In this document: piece by piece, positions 1-9,277 of the stretch
Layout of the letters: each line of letters starts with the position of its first letter
How positions within the stretch are numbered: the stretch's first letter is position 1
Source: Fidelibacterota bacterium
GTDB lineage: Bacteria; Fidelibacterota; Marinisomatia; Marinisomatales; JABMOV01
Reading direction: 5' to 3'
NCBI GenBank assembly: GCA_046861395.1
Contig: JBHHUC010000039.1
Location: forward strand, 1-18,717
DNA length: 18,717 nt
Made by a program: the position numbers and the translations under genes
Notes under the pieces: model-generated
What the model saw: the letters and a program-made list of their open reading frames with translations, nothing else
Told to the model about the DNA's origin: nothing
The model's database searches: none

Positions 1-70
<70 letters not shown>

Positions 71-77
71 CTACAAA

Positions 78-346
78 GGTCGTGCTGAATGGGGAGGTAG
101 CGGTGCCCTGTAACCTGCAACCCGCTGTAGCAGGATTGATCTCTATAAAGCGGCAGCGGCTGATTATCCTGAAATGATCTCAGAAGCGTTGAACTTTCAA
201 TTCGTCGCAATAGCGTTTCAACCAACCCCGTCAGGTCTGGAAAGAAGCAGCGGTACGTTGCAAACCTATGTGCCGGTGAATCCCTGGAAGGGAGCGGATG
301 GGGCCGGGATGGGTATTCCAGCGTTGTCAATTTATAGTGCACGACC
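78..346 (+). ncRNA. ffs: Large bacterial SRP RNA (Alu domain plus S domain)
   Basis: Terminal helix GGTCGTGC (78-85)/GCACGACC (339-346); Alu signature GGGGAGGTAGCGGTGCCCTGTAACCTGCAACCCGCTGTAGCAGG resembling B. subtilis scRNA; helix-8 Ffh-binding motif TCAGGTCT-GGAA-AGAAGCAGC at 231-251; lies directly upstream of dnaX. Confidence 0.95.
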
Positions 347-374
347 TCACTCTTTAATGAAGGGACACCGATAA

Positions 375-2069
375 ATGTCATACACCGTATTATCGTTGAA
401 ATGGCGCCCGCAGTCATTTCAGGATCTGGTGGGTCAGGATCATGTGGTCAAGACGATTACCAATGCCTTCCGGCAGGATCGTGTATCACAGGCCTATCTC
501 CTTACCGGTCCGCGCGGTGTAGGGAAAACAACCTGTGCCCGGCTCATTGCAAAAGCACTGAATTGTGCCGTGTCGCCCGGTAATCCCTGTAATTCATGTG
601 AAAATTGTCATGAAATCACGGAAGGCCGTAGCATGGATGTGCTGGAGATCGACGGTGCTTCCAACCGAGGGATCGAAGAAATACGCAACCTACGGGAAGT
701 CATCAAATATGCTCCCATGAATGCTCCCTACAAAGTCTTTATCATCGATGAAGTACACATGCTTACGATTCAGGCCTTCAATGCCTTGCTGCGGACCCTG
801 GAAGAACCGCCGGCTCATGGGAAATTCATTCTGGCTACTACCGACGTGCACAAAGTACCTTCTACGATTATTTCCCGCTGCCAGCGATTTGACTTTAACC
901 GGATTACTTCCCAGGTGATCATGGATCGGTTAGCCTTTATTCTATCGCAGGAAAAAATTGGTTATGACGACAATGCCCTGTTGTCCATTGCACAAAAGGC
1001 GGACGGCAGTATGAGAGATGCACTGAGTGTTCTGGACCAGATAATTGCCTTTGCCGACGGGAACATTACCCTGGATCTGATCACCGATGTACTGGGGTTG
1101 ATTCCTTCCACATTGTTTTTTGATATCCTGGATGCCCTGAAAAACCGCGACGGTGCCGCGGTACTGGATCAGGTGCAACATGTTCAGCAGAACGGGACGC
1201 CGGTGGCCGATTTTGCCCGGGGAATCCGCCAACACCTGCGCAATCTGATGTATTGTAAATTTTCCGGCGGCGAAAAATTCATCGAAGCCGGTGCCGATCT
1301 GATCAAAGAATATCAACGACAGGCCGGAGAGTGGGAAACGGGTGACCTGATCCGAATGGCAGAGGAATTTTCCCATTTATCCAATCAGATCCGTTATGCC
1401 AGTCATCCCTATTTATTGCTGGAAATGAACCTTATAAAAATTCTGGAAATGCCGGATGCTGTTTCACTGGCAGCAATCTTGTCCGGAAAGACAAATCTAC
1501 CCAAACCGGTTGTTCGCCGGGAGAAGAAAAAGGCCACTAGGACCAAATCAGCCTCAGTGCCAGCCCCGGCTATATCGGTCGCCAAGCCAGAAGCATCTGA
1601 ACCTGTCACCAAACCGGCAACGGCAAAACCCACTTCCGAACCGACTCCCGAATCTGCTCCGGTTCCTGAGGCTAGGCCCGGTGAGAACAAGTCGGCCAAA
1701 CAGGAAAAACCGATGGAAGATTTGAATCCGGTTTCCGTATGGGGCACGGTGGTGGAAAAGGTATCCGCTAAGAAACGCTCGCTGGCCGCCACCCTGGAAC
1801 AAACCCGGGTCCTTGGCATTGATAAATCTCGGTTAAAAGTGGAGTTGGTTGGCCATTCGAAATTTGATTTGGATTTTCTCGAAAAAAACAGGGAATTACT
1901 GGAAAAAAGTATCGCTGAATATTGTGGTCGTACGCTGCGGCTGGACATTTCCTTTACCCGGCAGAACACAGCGGAATCTGCTTCCGAATCCCAAAAGGCT
2001 ACACCGACAGAAGACAGCGGTACCGTATCAAAAATTATCGAATTATTCGATGGAGAAATTATCAGGTAG
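375..2069 (+). CDS. dnaX: DNA polymerase III subunit gamma/tau
   Basis: KWRPQSFQDLVGQ, Walker A GPRGVGKT, Cys zinc motif, EIDGASNRG, Walker B IIDEVHML, SRC motif, GSMRDALS; Pro/Ala/Lys-rich linker and C-terminal ELFDGEI. Confidence 0.97.
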   Translation: MSYTVLSLKWRPQSFQDLVGQDHVVKTITNAFRQDRVSQAYLLTGPRGVGKTTCARLIAKALNCAVSPGNPCNSCENCHEITEGRSMDVLEIDGASNRGIEEIRNLREVIKYAPMNAPYKVFIIDEVHMLTIQAFNALLRTLEEPPAHGKFILATTDVHKVPSTIISRCQRFDFNRITSQVIMDRLAFILSQEKIGYDDNALLSIAQKADGSMRDALSVLDQIIAFADGNITLDLITDVLGLIPSTLFFDILDALKNRDGAAVLDQVQHVQQNGTPVADFARGIRQHLRNLMYCKFSGGEKFIEAGADLIKEYQRQAGEWETGDLIRMAEEFSHLSNQIRYASHPYLLLEMNLIKILEMPDAVSLAAILSGKTNLPKPVVRREKKKATRTKSASVPAPAISVAKPEASEPVTKPATAKPTSEPTPESAPVPEARPGENKSAKQEKPMEDLNPVSVWGTVVEKVSAKKRSLAATLEQTRVLGIDKSRLKVELVGHSKFDLDFLEKNRELLEKSIAEYCGRTLRLDISFTRQNTAESASESQKATPTEDSGTVSKIIELFDGEIIR

Positions 2070-2077
2070 GAGATAGA

Positions 2078-2404
2078 ATGTTTAATAAAGGAAATATGGC
2101 AAGCCTGCTCAAACAGGCCCAGGAAATGCAGCAAAAGATTCAGGATGTCCAGGCCGAACTGGATGATCTTATTGTAGAAGCGGAAGCAGGTGGCGGCATG
2201 GTCAAGGTCGTAGCTAACGGGAAAATGGAAATCCTGGAATTAACTATTGCTGATGAGGCCATTGCCGAAGATAAAGAATTACTGGAAGACCTAGTGATAT
2301 CGGCCGTGAATAATGCCATTGCGAAATCACAGGAAGAATCACAAAAACGCATGGGATCCGTCACGGGAAATATGTTGGGCGGAATGAAAATTCCCGGTAT
2401 ATAA
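2078..2404 (+). CDS. ybaB: YbaB/EbfC family nucleoid-associated protein (108 aa; start moved from 1922 to ATG 2078)
   Basis: LLKQAQEMQ, AGGGMVKVVANG, LEDLVISAVNNA; AGGAG SD at 2068-2072; lies between dnaX and recR. Confidence 0.95.
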   Translation: MFNKGNMASLLKQAQEMQQKIQDVQAELDDLIVEAEAGGGMVKVVANGKMEILELTIADEAIAEDKELLEDLVISAVNNAIAKSQEESQKRMGSVTGNMLGGMKIPGI

Positions 2405-2998
2405 ATGAGTCAATACCCCGAATCCGTTCAAATTCTGATCGATCGTCTGGCCCGTTACCCCGGGATCGGACGAAAGACAGCTCAGCGCCTGGCCCTACAT
2501 ACCTTGATGCAGTCCAGCGAGGAAGCGACCCAGTTGGCAAAGGCGATTTTGGATGTAAAAGCAACCATCATATTCTGCACGAACTGTGGTAGTCTGACGG
2601 AAGAAGACCCCTGTCATATCTGCACCGATCCCAAACGGAATCAGAACCTGTTATGTATTGTGGAAAATCCTTCGGATATTTTCGTATTCGAACGAACCAA
2701 CACCTTTCGCGGTTTATACCATGTTTTGGGCGGTGTACTCTCACCTCTGGACGGAATCGGTCCGGAAGATTTGAACCTGGATTCGCTGCTGACACGGATT
2801 AAACCGAAAATGGAAATTATTCTGGCCACCAATCCCAGTGTCGAAGGCGACACAACGGCACTTTATTTAAGTAAATTATTAAGAGATAAAAATGTGAAAA
2901 TCAGTCGTTTGGCCCGTGGAATTCCAGTCGGCAGTGATTTGGAGTTCACCGACGCGGCCACCTTGTCTAAAGCTATGGAAGGGAGGACGGAATTATAA
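2405..2998 (+). CDS. recR: Recombination mediator RecR
   Basis: HhH PGIGRKTAQRLA, C4 zinc finger CTNC..CHIC, YHVLGGVLSPLDGIGP, Toprim ATNPSVEGDTTA, RLARGIPVG. Confidence 0.97.
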   Translation: MSQYPESVQILIDRLARYPGIGRKTAQRLALHTLMQSSEEATQLAKAILDVKATIIFCTNCGSLTEEDPCHICTDPKRNQNLLCIVENPSDIFVFERTNTFRGLYHVLGGVLSPLDGIGPEDLNLDSLLTRIKPKMEIILATNPSVEGDTTALYLSKLLRDKNVKISRLARGIPVGSDLEFTDAATLSKAMEGRTEL

Positions 2999-3576
2999 CT
3001 ATACCGAACATTCTCACTATTTTTCGTATCCTGTTGACACCGGTATTCATTCTGTGCCTGTTTTATGACCATCCTCTGGCCAATACCTGGGCGTTGATTA
3101 TCTTTATTGTCGCTTCCATAACCGATGCCTATGACGGATATTATGCCCGGAAATACAACCAGGTTACACCACAGGGAAAATTTCTAGATCCCCTGGCGGA
3201 TAAAATTCTGGTTTCATCAGCCTTCATTTCCTTTGCAATCATTGGTATTGTTGAATACTGGATGGTAACCCTCATTCTTTTCCGTGATCTCTTTATTACC
3301 GGGCTACGCATGGTTATGAACGCCAAGGGATTTGAATTGCTCACATCCCGCATTGCCAAAGCGAAAACCGCCGTACAGATTGGTATTATTTCGTTTATCC
3401 TGACTTATCTGGGTGTGAGAAGTCTCAAACTGGGTATGTTCGATCCCTTCATCACCACCATACGGCATTATCATATCATTTATTATTTAATGTTTATCGC
3501 CACGGTTTTTACAGTGTATACCGGCATTGTCTACCTTTACCGGAATATGGCGATTATTAAGAAATTCTTTTCCTGA
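2995..3576 (+). CDS. pgsA: CDP-diacylglycerol--glycerol-3-phosphate 3-phosphatidyltransferase; start probably non-canonical ATA 2995 (or ATT 2992), not TTG 3034
   Basis: CDP-alcohol phosphotransferase motif DAYDGYYAR..QVTPQGKFLDPLADK; conserved N-terminal IPNILTIFRI encoded in frame at 3001-3030, upstream of the TTG; GGGAGG at 2981-2986. Confidence 0.9.
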   Translation: MTIPNILTIFRILLTPVFILCLFYDHPLANTWALIIFIVASITDAYDGYYARKYNQVTPQGKFLDPLADKILVSSAFISFAIIGIVEYWMVTLILFRDLFITGLRMVMNAKGFELLTSRIAKAKTAVQIGIISFILTYLGVRSLKLGMFDPFITTIRHYHIIYYLMFIATVFTVYTGIVYLYRNMAIIKKFFS

Positions 3577-3579
3577 ATC

Positions 3580-4035
3580 ATGAAGTTTCACGGATTTCAT
3601 CATGCAGCTGCCACTTTATTTGGCGTTGGTTTTTTACCGGTTGCACCCGGAACCTGGGGCAGTCTGGTAGCCGTTGCCGTCTGGTTTGGTTTACAGCATT
3701 TTATTCCTACTACCGGGATTATTCTCCTGACCGTTATATTGTTCTTTCTCGGTGTCTGGATTACCAATCATGTCGCCCGGCACGAAGCGGATGAGGATCC
3801 GGCGGAGATCGTCCTAGATGAGTGGGTGGGACAATGGATACCACTGTGGATTATTCCGGCGACACCGGAATATATCATTTTCGCCTTCGTGCTGTTCCGC
3901 ATTTTTGATGTCGCCAAACCATGGCCTGTGAGTCTCTATGACAATATTTCCGGTGGCTGGGGTATCATGCTGGATGATATAGCCGCTGGCGTATATGCCT
4001 TATTAATTCTAGAAGGAATGATGTTTATCCTATGA
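3580..4035 (+). CDS. pgpA: Phosphatidylglycerophosphatase A
   Basis: APGTWGS, DPAEIVLDEWVG, FRIFDVAKPWP, GIMLDDIAAG; follows pgsA. Confidence 0.94.
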   Translation: MKFHGFHHAAATLFGVGFLPVAPGTWGSLVAVAVWFGLQHFIPTTGIILLTVILFFLGVWITNHVARHEADEDPAEIVLDEWVGQWIPLWIIPATPEYIIFAFVLFRIFDVAKPWPVSLYDNISGGWGIMLDDIAAGVYALLILEGMMFIL

Positions 4036-5246
4036 AGTGTGTCCTGGTAACCATCGGCGATGAAATCCTGGCCGGGAGCACCGTAGATACCAATGCGTCC
4101 TGGATTGGCCAGGAATTGCAGAATATCGGTCTGGACTTGGACTATCATGTAACAATTCAGGATAAACCGGCCGTCATTATTGACGAATTGAAATATTTAT
4201 TATCTCATTACGATCTCATTCTTACTACCGGTGGTCTGGGACCCACGCCTGACGATGTAACCCCGGCTGCCTTTTACACCTTATTCCAATCCCGAGTAAA
4301 ATTGGATGAAATATACTGGTCGGAATTGCAGTCTCGTTATAATACACAGAAGAGACGCATTTCCAACCTCAATAAAAGTCAGGCCATGAAACCCCATAAC
4401 GGGTCCATGATCCCGAATCCTGTTGGTTCGGCCAGGGGGCTGCTCTACCGCAGGGACAACACTATAACTATCGCTCTACCCGGTGTTCCCAGCGAGATGA
4501 AAGCCATGATGACGGAAACCGTCATCCCGCTGTTGCGGGAGAAGGCGCCGCCCAGTTTATTTCGGAAAACATTACGCATTACGGGTGTTCCCGAGTCGGT
4601 CCTGGCAGAATCAATCATGCCGGTGATGGAGGCTCATCCACACTGCCGGTTTGCCTTTTATCCCCAATTGATTAATGTAGATATCCGTTTCAGTTGCCGT
4701 GATGCATCCGAGCTGGAACGTGTGGCCGCCGATATACGGCAGATCATCGGTCCGGCCTGTTATGCGGAAGGAAAGCTGTCCCTGGAAGATGTGGTGGGTA
4801 ATCTACTCACTGCGCATGGAAAGTCATTTGCCACGGCCGAATCCTGTACCGGCGGACTACTCGGTAATCGTATCACCGATTGTCCCGGCAGCAGTGCATA
4901 CTATATGGGCGGTGTTGTTTCATACAGTAATGAAGCCAAACAGAATTTTCTGGGTGTCAGAGAATCCACCTTGATTCGGCATGGCGCGGTGAGCAAAGAA
5001 ACGGCCCGGGAGATTGCAGAAGGCGTCCGACAGCGGTTTCATACGGATTTGGGGCTATCCATAACCGGGATTGCCGGTCCTGCGGGGGGAACGGAAGAAA
5101 AGCCGGTGGGTACGGTTTTTATTGCCCTGGCCGATGAACAAAAAACTTCGGTTCACCATTGTCATTTTAAACGTAATAGGAAAGATAATAAGTTGTTAAG
5201 TAGTCAATATGCCTTAAATTTAGTCAGGATATATTTTAATGAATAA
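4032..5246 (+). CDS. cinA: Competence/damage-inducible protein CinA (MoCF-like domain plus PncC NMN deamidase domain)
   Basis: IGDEILAG..DTNA, TTGGLGPTPDDVT, LPGVPSEM; C-terminal TAESCTGG, YSNEAK, HGAVS, ITGIAGPAGG..KPVGTV. Confidence 0.95.
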   Translation: MKCVLVTIGDEILAGSTVDTNASWIGQELQNIGLDLDYHVTIQDKPAVIIDELKYLLSHYDLILTTGGLGPTPDDVTPAAFYTLFQSRVKLDEIYWSELQSRYNTQKRRISNLNKSQAMKPHNGSMIPNPVGSARGLLYRRDNTITIALPGVPSEMKAMMTETVIPLLREKAPPSLFRKTLRITGVPESVLAESIMPVMEAHPHCRFAFYPQLINVDIRFSCRDASELERVAADIRQIIGPACYAEGKLSLEDVVGNLLTAHGKSFATAESCTGGLLGNRITDCPGSSAYYMGGVVSYSNEAKQNFLGVRESTLIRHGAVSKETAREIAEGVRQRFHTDLGLSITGIAGPAGGTEEKPVGTVFIALADEQKTSVHHCHFKRNRKDNKLLSSQYALNLVRIYFNE

Positions 5247-5823
5247 GCGACTACTGCGAACCTTTATTGCCGTTACTGTCCCGAAAGAACTCTTACATGT
5301 TCGGGACATGTTGAAGACAACCATTACGTACACCAAGGATAATCTCCGATGGGTTTCGAATGGACAAATCCATTTCACCTTGAAATTCATCGGTCATACG
5401 CCCCCGGAGGATCTGGAACGAATCCATGATGTTCTGTCCCAGGTGGCTGATCGCCACCACAGCACGGATCATCTTATATCTGGCACAGGATGTTTTCCCA
5501 CTGCTGTCCGCCCGCGGATCTTATGGGTTGGTATCACAGAAAATATTGATCCCCTGCAACGATTGGTGCAGGATATTAACACATCCCTGGATAGCCTGGG
5601 TTATATGCTGGAATCGCAGGAATTCATTCCCCACATCACTCTGGCCCGGATTAAATATCCGCCAAAAATGACGCCGGATATTACCCGTTATTTACAAGCC
5701 GAATTCACTCCCATGCCGATGAAAGTCGAACGCCTGAGTCTCTTCAGCAGTGAGTTGACGCCGCGGGGGCCGGTTTATACCAAGCAAAACAACTATCATC
5801 TTCTGCCACCGAAGTCCCAATAA
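5239..5823 (+). CDS. thpR: RNA 2',3'-cyclic phosphodiesterase (2H phosphoesterase, LigT/ThpR)
   Basis: RTFIAV N-terminus, two HxT motifs (HFTLKF, HITLAR), [17 protein letters not shown]; sits between cinA and recA. Confidence 0.92.
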   Translation: MNKRLLRTFIAVTVPKELLHVRDMLKTTITYTKDNLRWVSNGQIHFTLKFIGHTPPEDLERIHDVLSQVADRHHSTDHLISGTGCFPTAVRPRILWVGITENIDPLQRLVQDINTSLDSLGYMLESQEFIPHITLARIKYPPKMTPDITRYLQAEFTPMPMKVERLSLFSSELTPRGPVYTKQNNYHLLPPKSQ

Positions 5824-5833
5824 GGAGCAATTT

Positions 5834-6856
5834 ATGTCAGAAAAAGAGAAAAAAAGTAAAGCCCTGGAGCTGGCCATTTCCCAGGTTGACCGGCAATTCG
5901 GGAAAGGGTCTATTATGCGTCTGGGCGGAGACAAACCCACCTGGCCCGGTAACGTAATTTCAACCGGTTGCCTATCCCTGGATGTCGCCCTGGGTGTGGG
6001 AGGAGTTCCCCGGGGTCGGATTATTGAAATCTATGGTCCGGAATCCGGTGGAAAAACCACGCTGGCCCTTCATATCATTGCCGAAGCGCAAAAGGCCGAT
6101 GGCTTTGCGGCGTTCATTGACGCGGAACATGCCCTCGATCCGGAATATGCTAAAAAACTTGGCGTCAATACGGATGAATTGCTCGTATCCCAGCCAGACA
6201 ACGGAGAACAGGCGCTGGAAATCACCGAAACGCTGGTTCGCAGCGGCGCCCTGGATGTCATCGTGGTTGATTCGGTGGCCGCCCTGGTTCCCAAAGCGGA
6301 ACTGGACGGCGATATGGGTGATGCCCACGTGGGACTACAGGCCCGATTAATGTCCCAAGCCCTACGGAAGTTGACCGGAACGGTTAATCGCTCCCATACC
6401 TGCGTTATCTTCATCAATCAAATCAGGGAAAAAATTGGTGTAATGTTCGGCAACCCGGAGACAACGCCAGGAGGCCGGGCCCTGAAATTCTATACGTCGG
6501 TGCGTATGGAAATCCGCCGGATCACAACACTGAAGGACGGAACGGATAGTATCGGCAGCCGCGTCCGGGTTAAGGTCGTGAAAAATAAAGTTGCCCCGCC
6601 GTTCAAACAGACCGAATTCGATCTCATGTATGGATCAGGAATTTCCTACGTTGGCGATATCATCGATCTGGCCATCACCGGTGATATAATCCAGAAAATG
6701 GGATCATGGTATTCCTACGGAGATATTAAAATCGGACAAGGGAAGGAAAATGCGAAAAAATTCCTGCTGGAAAATGAATCGACATTTGCCGAAGTGAAAA
6801 GCAAGGTCAAAGCGTTCATGGGATTAGATGACGGCGAATCTGGTAAAGATAATTGA
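5834..6856 (+). CDS. recA: Recombinase RecA
   Basis: [75 protein letters not shown]; no intein (340 aa). Confidence 0.99.
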   Translation: MSEKEKKSKALELAISQVDRQFGKGSIMRLGGDKPTWPGNVISTGCLSLDVALGVGGVPRGRIIEIYGPESGGKTTLALHIIAEAQKADGFAAFIDAEHALDPEYAKKLGVNTDELLVSQPDNGEQALEITETLVRSGALDVIVVDSVAALVPKAELDGDMGDAHVGLQARLMSQALRKLTGTVNRSHTCVIFINQIREKIGVMFGNPETTPGGRALKFYTSVRMEIRRITTLKDGTDSIGSRVRVKVVKNKVAPPFKQTEFDLMYGSGISYVGDIIDLAITGDIIQKMGSWYSYGDIKIGQGKENAKKFLLENESTFAEVKSKVKAFMGLDDGESGKDN

Positions 6857-7442
6857 TATTCGCCGTGTCCGGGGAAAACAGTATCGCATTCGCTTCAACA
6901 ATGATTCGGAGTTGCAGTTGACCGAAACCATGTATTTTTCCGCAGCCTGGCAGGTGGGGGATGAAATACCCGTCTCGGATATCCGAAATATCGCCGCCAC
7001 CGATCAGATCCAACGGGCCAAGGAGAAAGCTATCCTGCTGTTAAGCTATCGGAAACGCAGTAAGGAAGAATTGCGTCAACGCCTGACCCGGGAAAAATAC
7101 TCTGCGGACACGATTCGCACCGTTATTAATTCCCTATCGGAAAAAGGCTATTTGAATGATCATGATTTTGCAGTTTCATTTGCCCGTGACAAGGTGCGAA
7201 ACACCGGTGCCGGTCCCCGAAAGATTGCCATGGAATTGTCGCGGCACCACATTGATGACGCGATGATTGAGGATGTTATTCAGGCGGTTTACCGGGAGTT
7301 TCCCATCCCGGAATTAATACAAACATTGCTACGAAAAAGACATTGCGATTTGCACACAAGGCAGGATCAGCAACGAGCCATACGATACCTGCAGGGCAAA
7401 GGATTTTATACAGAACACATATTAAAAGAAATAAGACTATGA
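6828..7442 (+). CDS. recX: Regulatory protein RecX (with N-terminal extension; exact start uncertain)
   Basis: [42 protein letters not shown]; overlaps the end of recA. Confidence 0.92.
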   Translation: MTANLVKIIDIRRVRGKQYRIRFNNDSELQLTETMYFSAAWQVGDEIPVSDIRNIAATDQIQRAKEKAILLLSYRKRSKEELRQRLTREKYSADTIRTVINSLSEKGYLNDHDFAVSFARDKVRNTGAGPRKIAMELSRHHIDDAMIEDVIQAVYREFPIPELIQTLLRKRHCDLHTRQDQQRAIRYLQGKGFYTEHILKEIRL

Positions 7443-9274
7443 GACGAAGAATAAAGAAAAAATACGAACTGTCGGAATTGGATAAGAAATATTTCCGTTA
7501 CATCATGAGCCGGGCGGCCAGTGAGGAAGAGTTGGACATCATTGCGAAACTCCATCCCAGGTACCTGCGGGGCCGGACATATACGGAAACCCTGAATCGT
7601 CTGGATGATGGCGCCAAACGTACCCGCATACCTGAACTGGACCTGACGAATCATGATGGGAATCACGCCTATTTCTTTTCCGATATCGAAATCATCAAGA
7701 ATAAAAAAGAAATGCTGGAAAGCCGTTCTTCCCTGATGCAGATCCAAACCGGAGATAAACCCTATATTTCACTGACGGCGGTTCTGGCTCAGGAAAAACC
7801 AAAACGTCTGTTAAAATCTGAAGTGTATTTTCAGCACGATTTAAATTATAAAATTAACCATTCGGCCGGAATGATTCTGACCGATAAACCGGCGGGAATT
7901 CATTTACCTCCGCCCGGAAGTCATTTACTCTTTTTGGAGATTGATGGCGCCAAGCTCAATGCATCCGTACTGGCGCTGATGAAAGACGTTATCCGGTCCT
8001 CCTTTGTGTACGGCACCCGGATTGTTGACAAATTCGGTCCGGCCCAGGCGGTTGCCTCCTGGTGTGCAGAGGATGATATCGGCCTGACCTGCGATATGTC
8101 CTTGTTTGATTATTCGGGAACCGGCTTGCTTATTGCCATTCAGGAAGGAAAAATGAATGCGATGAAAAAGCTGGCCAAGAAATGTCCCTGCCCCGTCCAT
8201 CCAATTGGTGATGTAATAAAAAAAGAAGAATTTATCATACGGAAATCAGCAGTCCGTTCCATTGTATTTCCGCTGGATATTTTGAAATTCCCTTGGCGGG
8301 TATATTCCCAGACGCCGTTGCGGGGTGAAACGCCGAAGATTAATACCAGTCTTCCGGAAGCTGAGGATCCGGATCTACCCGGATCATTTTTAACCTTATG
8401 GAATGCCATTAAAGATATTCGGGAAGGTAATCCGGTGTTAATTGTGCATCCGAAAAAGGCCAATGACGGATGGGCCATGTCAGTAGCCCGGCCCCAGGCC
8501 ACGATCCCTGATCATCCCCGTCTGGCGGGTCAACTGGCCGTCGCTCAGTCCATGCGTGATCTGGCCTGTAGCGGTTACAATCCCAAGGGAATGCTGCTAT
8601 CCTATATTTTCCCAGAGGATCGCACAGAATTACAATTATGGCAGGCCAACGAAATTATCCAGGGACAGGAAGAAGCCGTGCGCAGCCTGAACATTCCCAT
8701 CCTGAAGCGGGATGTCATCATTTCCGGTGATAATATTTACCAGGGCGTGTTCGCGGTGGGTCACCGGGCGAATCACCAGACCCATCCCGTCGCTCCGGGA
8801 TTTACGGCCGAAGGAGATTTCATCAGCATCTTGGGCAGCCATCGGGCCGAACTGGGTTACAGTAAATATATCCGATTGATACATGATTCCCATGATGGAC
8901 GGATTTTATCCTGTGATTTGAACATGGAAACCAGAATTCAGGAAACCGTTTTACAAGGTATCCAGGCCGGTTTAATCAAATCAGCCGTTCAGGTGGAAGA
9001 AGGAGGCCTGTCGGTTGCCATTGCCAAGAGTCTGGTGGCCGGAAAGCCGGGACTCGGAGCCCGGATTCATTTCAGCCGTAAACTGCGTCCGGAAGAAATG
9101 CTCTTCGGGGAAACCCAGGGGCTGGTTCTCATATCGCTGGATGAAGAAAATATTATGGAATTTGAGCGTATCTGCATGACGATTGGCGTTCCTTCCACCA
9201 CCATTGGCCGGATCACGGATAACCAGCGCCTTGTTTTTAACGATTTGCTGGACATTGCCGTTACCGATCTCTGA
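7439..9274 (+). CDS. Degenerate PurL-like (PurM/AIR-synthase-related fold) protein, 611 aa, function unknown
   Basis: ATG 7439 overlaps recX TGA (ATGA). C-terminal half resembles PurL: PRLAGQLAVAQSMRDLACSG, LWQANEIIQG, DLNMETRIQ, SAVQVEEGGLSVAIA, LFGETQGLVLI, IGRIT. PurL motifs WSEHC, ESHNHP and QDxGAAG are not recognisable. Confidence 0.75.
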   Translation: MRRRIKKKYELSELDKKYFRYIMSRAASEEELDIIAKLHPRYLRGRTYTETLNRLDDGAKRTRIPELDLTNHDGNHAYFFSDIEIIKNKKEMLESRSSLMQIQTGDKPYISLTAVLAQEKPKRLLKSEVYFQHDLNYKINHSAGMILTDKPAGIHLPPPGSHLLFLEIDGAKLNASVLALMKDVIRSSFVYGTRIVDKFGPAQAVASWCAEDDIGLTCDMSLFDYSGTGLLIAIQEGKMNAMKKLAKKCPCPVHPIGDVIKKEEFIIRKSAVRSIVFPLDILKFPWRVYSQTPLRGETPKINTSLPEAEDPDLPGSFLTLWNAIKDIREGNPVLIVHPKKANDGWAMSVARPQATIPDHPRLAGQLAVAQSMRDLACSGYNPKGMLLSYIFPEDRTELQLWQANEIIQGQEEAVRSLNIPILKRDVIISGDNIYQGVFAVGHRANHQTHPVAPGFTAEGDFISILGSHRAELGYSKYIRLIHDSHDGRILSCDLNMETRIQETVLQGIQAGLIKSAVQVEEGGLSVAIAKSLVAGKPGLGARIHFSRKLRPEEMLFGETQGLVLISLDEENIMEFERICMTIGVPSTTIGRITDNQRLVFNDLLDIAVTDL

Positions 9275-9277
9275 TCT

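Noticed and set aside
174..374. 66-aa ORF upstream of dnaX
   Set aside because: Lies almost wholly within the SRP RNA; no protein motif
1540..1720. Quasi-repeats in the dnaX linker (KPEASEP, KPTSEPTPES)
   Set aside because: Ordinary low-complexity tau linker, not a tandem repeat or CRISPR array
1883..1889. A_AAA_AAC slippery heptamer in dnaX
   Set aside because: Falls in the C-terminal domain, too late for a gamma-like product; no stimulatory hairpin seen; A-runs are common here
1922..2077. N-terminal extension of ybaB in the ORF track
   Set aside because: Overlaps dnaX; family similarity and the SD point to ATG 2078
1409..2134. 241-aa antisense ORF and other shadow ORFs (e.g. 17965-18558, 13699-14190, 10741-12309 on +)
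   Set aside because: Opposite or overlapping well-supported genes, with no recognisable motifs
5287..5302. GAAC-N8-GTTC inverted motif in thpR as a LexA box for recA
   Set aside because: Spacing does not match the Gram-positive GAAC-N4-GTTC box, and it lies over 500 nt from recA inside coding sequence
7343..7438. TTG-start extension of the PurL-like ORF
   Set aside because: Lies inside recX; the ATGA-coupled ATG 7439 is more plausible
7439..9274. Calling this gene purL or a pseudogene
   Set aside because: Catalytic motifs are missing, so purL is unsupported; the frame is intact and coupled, so pseudogene is also unsupported
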